IMG/VR virus record: IMGVR_UViG_3300017698_000118
Location: 1-64,000 of that record
Direction: 5' to 3' (one strand)
DNA from: an uncultured virus (IMG/VR IMGVR_UViG_3300017698_000118)
Taxonomy: Duplodnaviria; Heunggongvirae; Uroviricota; Caudoviricetes
DNA length: 64,000 nt
Made by a program: the position numbers and the translations under genes
Notes under the pieces: model-generated
What the model saw: the letters and a program-made list of their open reading frames with translations, nothing else
Database searches by the model: none
Told to the model about the DNA's origin: nothing
In this document: positions 1-11,055 of the stretch, in pieces
Layout of the letters: every line of letters begins with the position of its first letter
Numbering within the stretch: the stretch's first letter is position 1

Positions 1-1615
1 CTGTTGCTACTTTTATAGATTCTTCTGCCTCAAAGGCATTAACACTATCTGCTACTTTTTTAGTGTAGCTTTTTTGTCTACTATTCTTTGTCTTTTCTTG
101 AACAGTCTTTTTTATCTTCTGTGCAGGGCTGGACTTTGCAACGGCTTCAGCTCCTGTTTTTGCGGTTTTTGCATTCTGGGATGCTGCCCCGGCAGCACTT
201 GCGGGAGTAGATACAGCAGCACCTGTAGCGGCACCAGCAAGTGCCCCTTGTGCAGCAGCTCTACCTGATCCTTCTAACAGATCCTGATCTGTATCCACAT
301 GAGTTGCAGTACCAATATTCTGAGCCAACTGACCTGTCAGCCCTTGCAAGGTTTCTTCAATACCCTCAGTAGCACCATCTTTAACTACCTTGAGCATCAT
401 AGCCTTACCTATGGACTCAATACCGTTACCCCGAAGAATATTACCTACGAACTCACCTGCACCAGTCACTTTTGAAATAGCACCTGCACTTAATGCAGTA
501 ATGATACCTACTGTGTTGAAAGTATCATTTGCTACCTCTAATCTGGCTTCTTGGGGGGTCATCCCTTGTTTGATGTACTCTTGATAATCAGGGGATTTCT
601 CGATCTCTTCTTTCTTGATACCTAGTACTTCTTCCTTAGATTGCAAGGCATTAGACATGCCTTCACTAAAAGCACTGTAGCCTACACCTGCACGGGCAGC
701 AGCTCTTGTTGCTAACTCCTTGCCTGCCTTGGTAGCCATAAAGTCTTTGGTCTGTTCGGCAGTCATATCCTTGGTAGCCCTGCCGAATGCACTCTTAGCA
801 GCAGCTTTACCGACTACACCACCACCCAGAAGATCCACTACAGATTCTGCTACAGTGTCAGTGAGGGTGTACCCTTCATAGCGGGCTCTTTTCAGTTTAT
901 CTATTGCCGCTTTACCTTGCTCAAACACACGAACCAGTAGCTCATCCTCACCAGCTGCTACTTGATCTTGAATTCGTTGCTCACTTTCTGCATCGAATAG
1001 CACATCACGAGCAGACACTGAGCCACGTTCTGCCTGAAGTTCATCACTTTGGAGCCCCTCAATAAACTCTCTCGTTTGTTGGAAGTCAGGGGCAATACCA
1101 ATATCACGTAGTGTTTCATCCAGACCCGGGATACGCATATCCGAATCCATAGACTCTAGGGCAAGATTACCCCCCAGTGCTACAGGATTGTATTTTGAAG
1201 CTATATCCATGAGGCTGTAAGCCATGCCCCCAGTATTGACTACACCTTTCGCTACACCTCCAGTGATATCCTGAGCAACTTCACCTCCTTCTCGATCACC
1301 GTAAGCCAATTCACGCTCTTCAGCGCGGTATACATTATCTTCCAGTAAGGCGATGTTTAGATCTTGCTCCCACTGTTGTTTTTGTTCCGGGGTAGCATCT
1401 GGATTCAATCGGAGGAATTCTTCCTCAGTGACGGGAATATCATTGTTAGCTAAGAATTTCTCCTGCTTCTGGAGACTCTTAGCCATGACCTGTTTGGCCT
1501 TAGTTGCAGATATTTCAGAAGATTTAGCTGGGTCAACTACACCGTAAGAGTCAGTATCTCCTTGGGCAGTGGAAGCCAAGGGATCTATGAGGTAGTTGTT
1601 ATCTGAGTCCGCCAT
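1..1615 (-). CDS. Virion-encapsidated RNA polymerase (N4 gp50-like), N-terminal part; runs off the window edge
   Basis: ATG at 1615 (MADSDNNYLIDPLAS...). The translated segment EETLQGLTGQLAQNIG...DQDLLEGSGRAAAQGALAG resembles the N4-like vRNAP N-terminal region. It sits directly downstream of the gp51-59-like block, and vRNAP hairpin promoters are present elsewhere in the window. Confidence 0.8.
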   Translation of the reverse strand, partial: MADSDNNYLIDPLASTAQGDTDSYGVVDPAKSSEISATKAKQVMAKSLQKQEKFLANNDIPVTEEEFLRLNPDATPEQKQQWEQDLNIALLEDNVYRAEERELAYGDREGGEVAQDITGGVAKGVVNTGGMAYSLMDIASKYNPVALGGNLALESMDSDMRIPGLDETLRDIGIAPDFQQTREFIEGLQSDELQAERGSVSARDVLFDAESEQRIQDQVAAGEDELLVRVFEQGKAAIDKLKRARYEGYTLTDTVAESVVDLLGGGVVGKAAAKSAFGRATKDMTAEQTKDFMATKAGKELATRAAARAGVGYSAFSEGMSNALQSKEEVLGIKKEEIEKSPDYQEYIKQGMTPQEARLEVANDTFNTVGIITALSAGAISKVTGAGEFVGNILRGNGIESIGKAMMLKVVKDGATEGIEETLQGLTGQLAQNIGTATHVDTDQDLLEGSGRAAAQGALAGAATGAAVSTPASAAGAASQNAKTAKTGAEAVAKSSPAQKIKKTVQEKTKNSRQKSYTKKVADSVNAFEAEESIKVAT

Positions 1616-1629
1616 GAAAAATTTTCCTC

Positions 1630-1657
1630 AAAAAGAAGGGGGCTAATGCCCCCATTC
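1630..1657 (-). terminator. Intrinsic terminator upstream of vRNAP
   Basis: Minus strand reads GGGGGC-ATTA-GCCCCC followed by TTCTTTTT. Confidence 0.7.
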
Positions 1658-1685
1658 TACAGAAAAATTTTCTGAAGGAAATGAT

Positions 1686-2906
1686 TTACTCTGAGTAAGT
1701 GAAGCCACCTTTCAGTTTCAGGGGTTCCAAATTAATCTGCTGATTACGGTCTGCTGCCTTTTCTTTGATCACCATAGCATCCCGCAGTAATTGACTCTGT
1801 ACCGCGTTTTCCTGTGTGCGGTATACGTCCTGCACATCAAATTTACGCTGCCCCAACTGACGATACTGACCATAACGGTTGTAGGCTTGAATTAGCGCAG
1901 TCTCTACCTGCTTGTCGTTATTCTTCAACTCACCATCATCGTTCACTGATAGTTGTTGCATAGCCAATGCATACACTTCAGAGGGCACTACAGCAGCATC
2001 TCGGGAAGACCCTGTAAGCCCCCAATCGCTAGATAACTTACGGATATTCTCGTTATTGGTAGCGAGTACTCTGGCTTTTTCTGTCAAGGTATTGGCCACT
2101 TTTGTGGTCTTCTCCCTATACTCCTCGCTCTCAGGCTCGCCCCAATCCCAAGTACCACCATCAGGCTCCGCATTGTTTCTCAGCCCGTTGATAATAGCCA
2201 TCTCAGGGGTAGCACCGCTACCGAGCTCAGTTATACCGCGGTAAGCAGCAAGACTCTGATCAATACTATCCAGTTCCTTGTCCCTTTCGATCTGAATAGC
2301 ACTGAGGGTATTAGCGGCAGTCTGCTTTGACGTATCCAGAGCAAACTGGTCATACTCGTTCATACCGGTCTTACCCTGATTAATGGTAGCCAGCATATCT
2401 TGGCCCAGAGCGTCCGCTTCTTCTCCATTATAGCCAAGCTCTCGGGCTCTGCTGGAAAGGGTACGGCCAATATCTTTCTGGTCAGGAAGCTCTAACAACT
2501 TGCTGGATAACTGCTCAGAGGTCAGCTTAGCGTCTGCTTTAGCAATACGGTATAACTCATCCGCATTAGGAACATTTTCCTGATTAGTAGCAGCTAAGTA
2601 ATCTTCTTTACTGGCAAAATCTATCTTACCATTTTTCAAGTTTACATTGGAGACAATTGGGGATTGCTCCAACTGAGAAGCCTCTGCCCGGATACTGCTG
2701 ACCTGATCTTGGAAGGTATTACGGAAGTTTTCAGCATCTTGCTCCAGACGTAGACGACCTTCCCGCTCACCTCTGGAAGCAAGGCTGGATAAGGCATCAC
2801 CGATAGTCCCGATACCTTGAGAGATAGAGTTCCCTGCTTTATCTGCCTGACCCAGCAAACTGGCGTCTGAGGGGGCGGACACATTGCGCCAAGTAATTGT
2901 ACTCAT
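1686..2906 (-). CDS. Internal virion/ejection protein (N4 gp51-like)
   Basis: 406 aa, N-terminal ITWRNV motif typical of N4-like gp51 homologues, syntenic position before vRNAP. Confidence 0.6.
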   Translation of the reverse strand: MSTITWRNVSAPSDASLLGQADKAGNSISQGIGTIGDALSSLASRGEREGRLRLEQDAENFRNTFQDQVSSIRAEASQLEQSPIVSNVNLKNGKIDFASKEDYLAATNQENVPNADELYRIAKADAKLTSEQLSSKLLELPDQKDIGRTLSSRARELGYNGEEADALGQDMLATINQGKTGMNEYDQFALDTSKQTAANTLSAIQIERDKELDSIDQSLAAYRGITELGSGATPEMAIINGLRNNAEPDGGTWDWGEPESEEYREKTTKVANTLTEKARVLATNNENIRKLSSDWGLTGSSRDAAVVPSEVYALAMQQLSVNDDGELKNNDKQVETALIQAYNRYGQYRQLGQRKFDVQDVYRTQENAVQSQLLRDAMVIKEKAADRNQQINLEPLKLKGGFTYSE

Positions 2907-3862
2907 ATCTTCTTCACTCCACGTTGGGCTACGAAGTCGTCATCGTTCTTGTAGTTACCACCTTGACCTGCGGCTAAGCGCTGACGGTAGCTATCACGTA
3001 GCTGTAAATTCACGAGATTAGCTTGGTTATTAAAATTCTGAGTAGTAACCCCCCGATTAAAGCGGAACTGTTCTCGGGCAAGTTGTAAGTTCTGGTAGCC
3101 AGTATAAGCATTGGCTATACCTGACAGTGCTTGCAGACCTGTAGCACCCAACTCTAAATTATCTCTATTTCTTTCTAACCAACCGGGCGTACTCTGAGAA
3201 GTTGGGGAGTTGAATGTAGTGTCCAGACTCGATAACTCACTATCATTGAGTCCGTAGTCTGTTTTCACTAGATTAGCTGGCTCGTTGCCTGCATATCCTA
3301 AATCCAAGTTCTGCAAGTTACCGCCTGTATCTGGATTAACGGTAATAGGGGCTAATTCATTTGGCAATGCCGAAGATGTTGCGCCTCCAGTCGCCTGACT
3401 AGTTGTAGTGTCAGCAGGACGTGCAGGTATTTTAAGTACGTCTGGATCAGTTATCAGACTATACTGGTCAAACCACTCCTGACTACTCTGAGGCCCGCTA
3501 GGAGCCTGTGCTACACTATTTTGCCCGAGATTAGGTGTATTTGCGTTAGCAAATCGGGGATCCGTTACTTGCTCGTAGGTAGCCCCGGGTATGACAGAAT
3601 AGGGGTTAATATTGTGTTTCTTACTAGCCCTAACAAAGCTCAAGTCAGCCATATTAGTAAGGCTACCAGTTGGTTTGATGATCTCATTATCCACCAGTCC
3701 CTTAACTACATCTGCGGGAGGAGTACCTGCCAATAGTTGGTTTTTACTCTGCTCATAAGCAGGGTTAGGTACATTACTCATGGTAGTCCAATCGAATTTA
3801 ACCGCAGGTACATCAAAATCTCTTAATAGATTTTGAGCATCTACTGCACTCATGCTCGCCAT
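2903..3862 (-). CDS. Virion structural/ejection protein (N4 gp52-like C-terminus)
   Basis: C-terminal LGATGLQALSGIANAYTGYQNLQLAREQFRFNR...NFNNQA is gp52-like, with a long low-complexity N-terminal extension; synteny. Confidence 0.6.
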   Translation of the reverse strand: MASMSAVDAQNLLRDFDVPAVKFDWTTMSNVPNPAYEQSKNQLLAGTPPADVVKGLVDNEIIKPTGSLTNMADLSFVRASKKHNINPYSVIPGATYEQVTDPRFANANTPNLGQNSVAQAPSGPQSSQEWFDQYSLITDPDVLKIPARPADTTTSQATGGATSSALPNELAPITVNPDTGGNLQNLDLGYAGNEPANLVKTDYGLNDSELSSLDTTFNSPTSQSTPGWLERNRDNLELGATGLQALSGIANAYTGYQNLQLAREQFRFNRGVTTQNFNNQANLVNLQLRDSYRQRLAAGQGGNYKNDDDFVAQRGVKKI

Positions 3863-3932
3863 TTTACCACCTCAAACCTTATACGATCTGAGTTTACAGA
3901 TCTTTGGTTAATAGTTTCTAACTAATGTTAGG

Positions 3933-6143
3933 TCAGATTACAATATACTCTAATTCTTCAGACAGGGCATTAGACAAGTCCAGCGCACTATCCACATAAT
4001 AACTTGGAGCGTCTAATACTGCCGCTCCTGGGTTTCCTACATGCGTAGTACGAAAAAAGAAGTCAGTAGGGGACTCTACAATAATAGCTTCTTTGCCCTC
4101 TAGTCCTGCGTAAAAACCTTCTGATTCATAAGCTTTAGGCAATAGCTCGTATGCTGCTTCTAACGCTTTTTCTTTACCTTCCATTTCTTCTGCAAAATCT
4201 TTTATGTCGTCCTCTAAAATGGATTGCTCATTAGCTAGAACCATCTCATAAACACTGAGTACTGTGTTTGTCAGTATCATAGCGGCTTCTGCAGAAGCAG
4301 TGCGAATAAAGGTTTTTAACGTATCAAGATCACGAATAATGATAGCTACAGCTACAGCCAGTATTGCCCCTACCACGCCTCCTACTTCTTTTATAAGCAA
4401 TTTTCCTATGTAAGCCACAGCTAAAGTTTTAACTAACTGCACTGCTATTTGCTGGGCTATCTGAAGCACAGTGCCCCCAAAACCACCTGTAACTACGGTA
4501 ACTACGATTGCTGCAACAGTTATTATCGAACCTAGCACCCGTTTCCATGTGCTGCTATCCACCTCCTGGTAAACCCCCATTTCAAGTCCAACAGCGTCTA
4601 TAGCAATGAGCCCTTGTTCTCTGAAAGGGTAATCCTGCATCCTGCTTCGGATAATAGGCAATCTTATAGAACTTACTCTGCTACCACTATCTAGCTGTTT
4701 TTTTAGATGGGCAATATCTATATATTCTGACCTACCATGCCGAACATACGCTACATAGGATAGCCCTGACACACTTACAGATTCGTAAGTGTTGTCTTCA
4801 ATACGTCTATAGAGAATATACCTAGAACCATCATCAACACTAGGATATCCAATTGATGCATTGCTGGCTAAAGTGTTTGATTGTACTTCTATATGAAACT
4901 CCCCTCTGTTGTTTTTCCCTGACCTCTCCACAGAGGATGTGTAAAGTACTTCTCTAAAAGTAAAGTGAATATTGTAATTTGCCTCATCTAACCTAGGAGT
5001 AAGTTTTAAATTGTTCGATAAAGGCTGCTCTGTTAAATGGCTTGGGTAGTAGTCTTTGAAATAATCAAAGACATAATTAAGCGCTTCTTCTTGTTTCGAT
5101 AGCAAATCAATTGCCGGGTAAATGTATGCATCATCCACAACCCCATCATCAGGATCTTCTGAAGTACTGGAACGGATACCTGAAATAAGAGAATCCACGT
5201 CAGTCTTTAAAGTGGCCCCCATTTTACGAGATATGTCCAAGTCTTCTGCAGTAAAGCTAGAGTTGGTAATAAATTTCTGATTTGAACGAATAGGTATCCA
5301 AGGATAAAAATCAGCCCAGCCCTCTCCTCCTACAGTTTTGTAGGAAGAATTAGCGAATACTGAATCACTGGGCCACAGGTAATAGGTATGACTGGATATA
5401 TCAGAACTTTGCTGAGTAAGTATTACAAATTGAATTATTTCTTCATCAACAACTACATAAATAAAATCATTATCACGAGGATTGTTACTTACTCTATAAG
5501 GTTCTAATGCTATCGTAGTGTCTAATGTAAGCAGACTTATATACTCTTTCCCAGAGGATATCTTTGTGGCTTTTACTTGAATATGCCCAATAGCTAAATC
5601 ATTTTTAAGTACTCTAGGTATAGCTTCAGAACCGACGCTAAAATTAGGGGATATTTCTAATAACTCCACCTTCCATTGGGAAGGCACGCCATTGTAATAC
5701 CCATTGGCAGTACCTTGCCCTCTGAGTATCGATGAATTTAGGGTATTAGTGAAAGGGTTATACCCGTAATACGTACCTAACTCTCCCAACATAGCAGTCT
5801 GAAAAGACTGGTTATTCACTGATATTGATATAGCTTTTTCAATAGTATCATCAGGAATACCAAACCTATTTGTTATAAAATTACGAGCGTAGTCATTGCC
5901 CTCTAGGGCAACTACTGCTCGGTAGTTTTCTTTAGGGTACCCCCAATAAATTTCTTTGCCGTAGGCGTAATACTTCTCTAGATCTTGTGCAGTAATTGCT
6001 TGAGAGTTGGCTAAGTACCCTAGCAGTTCTGTGTTGAGGTCTTCCTTGCCCGCGATGGCATACCCAACAATCTCTAATAGATTGTTAGGCTGCTCTTCAT
6101 ATAATCTACTATAAGCTAGGCTTGCATACTTTTTTGTACCCAC
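3933..6143 (-). CDS. N4 gp53-like virion protein
   Basis: 736 aa with a hydrophobic C-terminal region and ESPTDFFFRT..G motif; synteny. Confidence 0.65.
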   Translation of the reverse strand: MGTKKYASLAYSRLYEEQPNNLLEIVGYAIAGKEDLNTELLGYLANSQAITAQDLEKYYAYGKEIYWGYPKENYRAVVALEGNDYARNFITNRFGIPDDTIEKAISISVNNQSFQTAMLGELGTYYGYNPFTNTLNSSILRGQGTANGYYNGVPSQWKVELLEISPNFSVGSEAIPRVLKNDLAIGHIQVKATKISSGKEYISLLTLDTTIALEPYRVSNNPRDNDFIYVVVDEEIIQFVILTQQSSDISSHTYYLWPSDSVFANSSYKTVGGEGWADFYPWIPIRSNQKFITNSSFTAEDLDISRKMGATLKTDVDSLISGIRSSTSEDPDDGVVDDAYIYPAIDLLSKQEEALNYVFDYFKDYYPSHLTEQPLSNNLKLTPRLDEANYNIHFTFREVLYTSSVERSGKNNRGEFHIEVQSNTLASNASIGYPSVDDGSRYILYRRIEDNTYESVSVSGLSYVAYVRHGRSEYIDIAHLKKQLDSGSRVSSIRLPIIRSRMQDYPFREQGLIAIDAVGLEMGVYQEVDSSTWKRVLGSIITVAAIVVTVVTGGFGGTVLQIAQQIAVQLVKTLAVAYIGKLLIKEVGGVVGAILAVAVAIIIRDLDTLKTFIRTASAEAAMILTNTVLSVYEMVLANEQSILEDDIKDFAEEMEGKEKALEAAYELLPKAYESEGFYAGLEGKEAIIVESPTDFFFRTTHVGNPGAAVLDAPSYYVDSALDLSNALSEELEYIVI

Positions 6144-6154
6144 AATGGCACCTA

Positions 6155-7120
6155 CTAGGTATTAGAAGCTACGCCGTTTACCAATGCGTCTACTGCGGCT
6201 TTAATCTTAGATACGTTCTGAGGGATGCCATTAGCATCCAAAACAGGTATTGGAGCACCGTCTGTACTTTCCCCGTCCCAGCTTGCTACATCCCCTGCAA
6301 TCATAGAGATAAAGCTAGTGGCCGGGTTAGCTGATTTATCTAATGACCAAATGTCACTCATAATTTTAGCTGCTTTCTGCTCCGCATCCCGCAGGAAGCC
6401 ATCAGCCTGGCGCTTCATAGTCAATGTCTTGGATCCAATAGCACCAGCTACTGTCACCCCATCCACTTCATCTTGGATCTGAGCTTTCTCAGTCTTAACC
6501 TTCTGAGTCATCAACAGCACTTCTTGATCGGTACGTAACTTCTGTACACGCAGAAGATTCAATTCTTCTGCGGCATTCAATACTTGTTGCTCAGTCAATT
6601 TAGCTTGAGCATTCATTTGAATTACTTGAGCTTCAGCCAAGGATACCTTAGCAATGGACTCTTTCACTTGCTGTTCGGTGATCTGATACTGAAGATCTAG
6701 AATCTCACTCTCTTTCTCAGTTTTCTCACGCTGAACTTGTGCAGTCAGAATCTGCTCATCCAGAAGCAAGTTCTGCTTCTGCACCTGCTCTGTTTCGTAA
6801 TCAGCTCGGATAATTTGCTTATCCAGAAGCTCATTGTTCTTTTCGATACCATCAATCTCAGCATCGACTTTTTCCATTTGTTTTTTGGTTAGGTCAACTT
6901 CCGCTTGAGCACGATCTTTGCCTAAACCAAAAGCCACCGCCTGCTGAAGCAGGGATGGCATACTTGCTGAAAGAATCTCGGCAGTCTGAGCAGTACTGAG
7001 ATCGTCGTTTCTCGCTGAATCTTTAAGCTGTTCCCTTAAAGCGTGCACAAACTTATCGAATGCACCTTCACCATTGAGTTTGCCTTCTGTAATCAGACTT
7101 AAAGAGATCTCAGTACTCAT
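6155..7120 (-). CDS. N4 gp54-like structural (tail) protein
   Basis: LITEGKLNGEGAFDK start, coiled-coil repeats, GAIG...QADGFLRDAEQKAAKI motif. Confidence 0.7.
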   Translation of the reverse strand: MSTEISLSLITEGKLNGEGAFDKFVHALREQLKDSARNDDLSTAQTAEILSASMPSLLQQAVAFGLGKDRAQAEVDLTKKQMEKVDAEIDGIEKNNELLDKQIIRADYETEQVQKQNLLLDEQILTAQVQREKTEKESEILDLQYQITEQQVKESIAKVSLAEAQVIQMNAQAKLTEQQVLNAAEELNLLRVQKLRTDQEVLLMTQKVKTEKAQIQDEVDGVTVAGAIGSKTLTMKRQADGFLRDAEQKAAKIMSDIWSLDKSANPATSFISMIAGDVASWDGESTDGAPIPVLDANGIPQNVSKIKAAVDALVNGVASNT

Positions 7121-7130
7121 CAGTTATTCC

Positions 7131-7808
7131 TTAGCTATTGCCAGCAGCAGCTGCTTGTTGAGCAGCCAGATCTTTCATTTCTTCTTGACTGAGAGGAGTC
7201 AAATCTTTGATAGCAAATTCAGGGACCATACGTATGGATACCTGATTACTACCCTTACCTTTCTTCGGCTTGTGCGCTACACGGTAACGACGAGCTTTAA
7301 TCATATCCAGCAAAGCTTTTTCAACGTGGGTATCCACATCGAAAGGAACCATCCGCTTCAGGCTAACGATTTCATTGCCGAAACAGAAGATTTCACCTTG
7401 CCATGCGCTCTTATTAGGATTCATGCAAGTAATATGCACACGCACTAAGCGAGACAATTCTTTCTGTTTCTTTTCACGGACTTCAGCCGGGCTACGGTAG
7501 GTGTGTTCAGGAGCAGCAACAACAGGGGCGTTGTCCGGTAGGAGTTTTGCACCTTTTTCCTTGGCTTCTTTAATACGTGCTCGCAAAGTCTCGTCACCAA
7601 TATTGGCACGAAAATCTACATTCAGTCGTTGGGCTTCTTCTTCCAGTTTTTGGCGAGCAGCGTAAGTATCTTTATCAGTCTTAGGTGCCCCAGTGTTCTG
7701 GCTATCTGCGTTATTAGTCAGGCTGGGAACTTGTTCGTTCTTTTCAGCCGGGTTCTGGTCATTGGTCTTGTCATCTGACATAACTCTGTCCTCGGAGTTT
7801 GATTTCAA
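7131..7808 (-). CDS. N4 gp55-like protein
   Basis: LVRVHITCMNPNKSAWQGEIFCFGN motif and C-terminal PLSQEEMKDLAAQQAAA. The real start may be the ATG at 7781. Confidence 0.75.
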   Translation of the reverse strand: MKSNSEDRVMSDDKTNDQNPAEKNEQVPSLTNNADSQNTGAPKTDKDTYAARQKLEEEAQRLNVDFRANIGDETLRARIKEAKEKGAKLLPDNAPVVAAPEHTYRSPAEVREKKQKELSRLVRVHITCMNPNKSAWQGEIFCFGNEIVSLKRMVPFDVDTHVEKALLDMIKARRYRVAHKPKKGKGSNQVSIRMVPEFAIKDLTPLSQEEMKDLAAQQAAAAGNS

Positions 7809-7816
7809 ATTGTGAT

Positions 7817-7843
7817 AAAAAGAAGCCCCCCGAAGGGGGCTCC
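7817..7843 (-). terminator. Intrinsic terminator after major capsid gene
   Basis: GCCCCC-TTCG-GGGGGC-TTCTTTTT on the minus strand. Confidence 0.8.
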
Positions 7844-7861
7844 AATCATGCTACCACTCGC

Positions 7862-9325
7862 TTAGCGAGGTGCAACAGATTTATATAGCGCGATACGTTC
7901 CGGTCGGGTGATCAGGATACCGTAGTACCACTTGATGGACATGAAGCCCATTTCACCGTAGGGATCGTTACGATCTGCAACTTCTTTACCCGGAGCTTTG
8001 TGGTAAATGGTGAACTTGTCTTCTTTACCACCGCGAGCAAAGCCGATAGTAGTAAAGGACTCGCTACCAATGCACAGAGCAGGGTAGATGTTGTAGGCTT
8101 CAGAGCCTGCGTTGGCAGCACCAGAAGCAGCTTCAGCAACACCGGTACGGTAGCCATCGTTAGTGGTTACAGTGTCACCGAAACCTTCCCAGTGCATCAT
8201 TTCCGGCACAACCACGATACGGAATTGATCGATAGCACCAATCTCACCGTTCAGGATAGTAGTACCAGCAGCATAATGCTGAACCGGAATGAAAGCCTTT
8301 TCACCAAAGGAATCTTCCATTTTTTTCACAACCGGGATCAGTTCAGAACCGATGTACAGGACACGGGCAGAATCGACCACTTTAGTGTCGATCATGCGTG
8401 TACCAGTAATCATCTTGGTCTGGGTCGGACAACGGTTATTATCCAGATCAATGCTGAGACGCATCAGACCGTCATAAGTCAGGACGGACAGATTACCAGT
8501 TTCACCGGCCATATCACCGTCAGAACCAGCATTACCACCAAAACGAACTACACCGGCAGCGTTCAACAGGTCAATTTGCAGAACGTCTTCAGTGATTTCA
8601 ACAGCACCGTTCACCATTTCCCGGGTGATGTGCTCCATGAGCATATCGTCGGAATCGAAATCCAGAGATTCCTGAGTGTATTCGTCGAAGAAACCGAATT
8701 TCTCAAGATTGGATTCCAGCTGAACACGGCTGAAGCCAACACGGTTAACACGGCCACCGTTCTCGGTCAGAGTCGGCAGACGGCCAGCGATATAGCCCAC
8801 GTCTTTGGAGGAACCATACAGATTACCAGTGCTGGGTACTGCACTGTTTTCAGTAATAGTCCAGCCAGCCGTTTCCAATGCTGTCTTGGTAGTAGCATAG
8901 TCAGTGTCCATAACACCTAGGTTCCGGAAGATAACCACCGCATCTGCCTGTGCAGCAGTCAGTGCAGCTGCTTCAGCAACATTTGCACCTACTGCGAAGT
9001 AGGAGGTGTAGAGGTTATCGATGGTGTTCGGACGATTGATAGTGATAGTAACTTCGTACAGACCATTAACGCCATCGGCAATATTACCGTTAGCATCGAT
9101 ACCCTGATCGTTAATGTTTGCATCTTCCAGAAGGGGCAAGTAGTGATACAGTTTAATTTTCTTGCCGTAATGCTTCGGCATGTTCTCAACAGAGGACATG
9201 GGCAGGAAATACTGCTTTTTGCGGCTCTCTACAAGTGCTTTACGTTTGTAGAAGTCAGAACGAATCTGACCACCACCAATGGCGGAATCATTACCACCCG
9301 CTGGGTCATTATAACGCTGTACCAT
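7862..9325 (-). CDS. Major capsid protein (N4 gp56 family)
   Basis: N4 capsid motifs [53 protein letters not shown] and [16 protein letters not shown]. Confidence 0.95.
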   Translation of the reverse strand: MVQRYNDPAGGNDSAIGGGQIRSDFYKRKALVESRKKQYFLPMSSVENMPKHYGKKIKLYHYLPLLEDANINDQGIDANGNIADGVNGLYEVTITINRPNTIDNLYTSYFAVGANVAEAAALTAAQADAVVIFRNLGVMDTDYATTKTALETAGWTITENSAVPSTGNLYGSSKDVGYIAGRLPTLTENGGRVNRVGFSRVQLESNLEKFGFFDEYTQESLDFDSDDMLMEHITREMVNGAVEITEDVLQIDLLNAAGVVRFGGNAGSDGDMAGETGNLSVLTYDGLMRLSIDLDNNRCPTQTKMITGTRMIDTKVVDSARVLYIGSELIPVVKKMEDSFGEKAFIPVQHYAAGTTILNGEIGAIDQFRIVVVPEMMHWEGFGDTVTTNDGYRTGVAEAASGAANAGSEAYNIYPALCIGSESFTTIGFARGGKEDKFTIYHKAPGKEVADRNDPYGEMGFMSIKWYYGILITRPERIALYKSVAPR

Positions 9326-9356
9326 GACGGTAACTCCTAATTAAAAACTCAAATGG

Positions 9357-10598
9357 TCAAAGATTGCCGGAAGACATGGCTTCTTCAAACTCTGCATCTG
9401 ACATTTCCCAGATCTCTTTTTTCGCAGGTTTGCTCTTACCATTCTTACCGCTTCGGGATGGAGCCTTACTCGCAGCACGTTTGCGCTTATCACGAGTTTT
9501 AGCATCATCCTGTTTGCCAGATGGTTTAGAAGGAGTTTTCTTGGGCGCGGGGGGTTCTTGTTTAAAGAACTTGTCCAACTGGCCTGAATTCTTCAATTCT
9601 TCACCAACTTGCTGATAGGCTAATAAAGAGTTAGTACCCCTTACTTGCCACAGAGCCATACGCCGATTAACTTCGCCTTGAATTACATCGTATAAGCCAG
9701 ACTCAATATGGTCATGGATTATCCGCAAATTCTCAGGCTTTGAAGCCACGATCTGACGGCTCTCTGTATCCCACTTCTGATTCACTTCTTGCAGAGTTCG
9801 GGTTATTGATTCAGAGCCTTGGAGTTCATCCAGTACTTGATCAAGCTCGATTTCTGCATCTGAAACAGCGTGTGATTCAGGTTTGTAACTATCTGCATTA
9901 TCAGTGCTTAAAGAGAACGGGTCAATACTATGTTCTGCAAGAAGTTTACTGATAGCTTCTGGCTTACCTTTAGCTGCTTCAATAAGCAGATCCAGTTTGC
10001 CTTCATCCAGTAGCTCATTATTACCTAATTTCTTGATAATCTTCAAATTAGGCTTAATCTGCTGCATTTTCTTTGTGTAATTAGCCCCCTGAGCCATAAG
10101 GGTTCGGGCTTCATCCACATTTTTGACAGCCATCTCGCCATTGTTTGCACGAAAAGGTGAAAGGAGTTTATCCATTTCACCTTTGTAGAAATCACTGTCT
10201 TCTTCTTTATTCTTCTCAGCTGCCTTCTCTTCAGGAGTCAGCTCTTTATCTTCTTCATCTTTGTCTTCATCTGGATCATCAGATGGATCTTTTTCTTTGT
10301 CTGCATCTTCTTCACTTTCAGGATCTTCATCCTCATCATCTTGATCCGACGTGTCTTCTTGCCCATCGTCGTCTTCAGGATCATCTTCTTCACCCTGATC
10401 TTCCGCGCCAAGATCCTTATCATCATCAGTATCAAGTTCACCCAGTCCAAAGTCATCTTTGTCTGGGTCTCCAGAAGCAGATATATGATCTCCTGAAACG
10501 TCTTTTCCCTCATCATCGAAAGCAACTTCAGGAGGAGTCTGCTGAGCAAACTCCTCATCTGACATGCTATCGTAATCGGGAATATTATCATCTGACAT
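9357..10598 (-). CDS. N4 gp57-like protein (probable scaffold; often annotated tape measure)
   Basis: Acidic N-terminus, PFRANNGEM...LMAQGANYTKKMQ motif, C-terminal MSDAEFE; between capsid and portal. Confidence 0.8.
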   Translation of the reverse strand: MSDDNIPDYDSMSDEEFAQQTPPEVAFDDEGKDVSGDHISASGDPDKDDFGLGELDTDDDKDLGAEDQGEEDDPEDDDGQEDTSDQDDEDEDPESEEDADKEKDPSDDPDEDKDEEDKELTPEEKAAEKNKEEDSDFYKGEMDKLLSPFRANNGEMAVKNVDEARTLMAQGANYTKKMQQIKPNLKIIKKLGNNELLDEGKLDLLIEAAKGKPEAISKLLAEHSIDPFSLSTDNADSYKPESHAVSDAEIELDQVLDELQGSESITRTLQEVNQKWDTESRQIVASKPENLRIIHDHIESGLYDVIQGEVNRRMALWQVRGTNSLLAYQQVGEELKNSGQLDKFFKQEPPAPKKTPSKPSGKQDDAKTRDKRKRAASKAPSRSGKNGKSKPAKKEIWEMSDAEFEEAMSSGNL

Positions 10599-10624
10599 GA
10601 CTATTCTCCGTTACTATTGAGGTA

Positions 10625-10969
10625 TTATTCTTGGTTGTTTAGCTCGTCAATGGTATCACGAGCATTGCGTATCTTATCTGCTGCATTAGCTCCCCGCATA
10701 TGCACCGCAGCCAAATACTGGTGCACACTGCTTAGGCCCTTGATTTCAGCAATGATTAACTCATGCTCATCTTTGGCCAAACGAGGGTCATTGGATTGAA
10801 GTACCAAATTGGCAGCGTGGTCACGGAAGAGTCCTTCAGTGAACAGCACCTTGAAGTCTTCATTATCTTGGAGACGCTCAAAACGCTCAGCTAATTCAAC
10901 TTCTACTTGATTCTCTTCAATATAATCTTGAAGTTTTTCACGATATTCTTCTTTATTCATGTCTTGCAT
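10625..10969 (-). CDS. N4 gp58-like protein
   Basis: ERLQDNEDFKVLFTEGLFRDHAANLV motif; synteny. Confidence 0.7.
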   Translation of the reverse strand: MQDMNKEEYREKLQDYIEENQVEVELAERFERLQDNEDFKVLFTEGLFRDHAANLVLQSNDPRLAKDEHELIIAEIKGLSSVHQYLAAVHMRGANAADKIRNARDTIDELNNQE

Positions 10970-11055
10970 TTTAATGCTCCAACGTATCTAGTTTTCCTCA
11001 ATATTCAACTAATGTTGAACTGAGCGTTAAGATAACCTTGGCTTTCACCAAAGTA

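Noticed and set aside
8000..8920. 306-aa plus-strand ORF
   Set aside because: Antisense shadow of the major capsid gene; the same applies to other antisense ORFs over core genes.
10238..10591. K/M-rich alternative-frame ORF
   Set aside because: Artefact of GAT/GAA repeats encoding the acidic region of the gp57-like protein.
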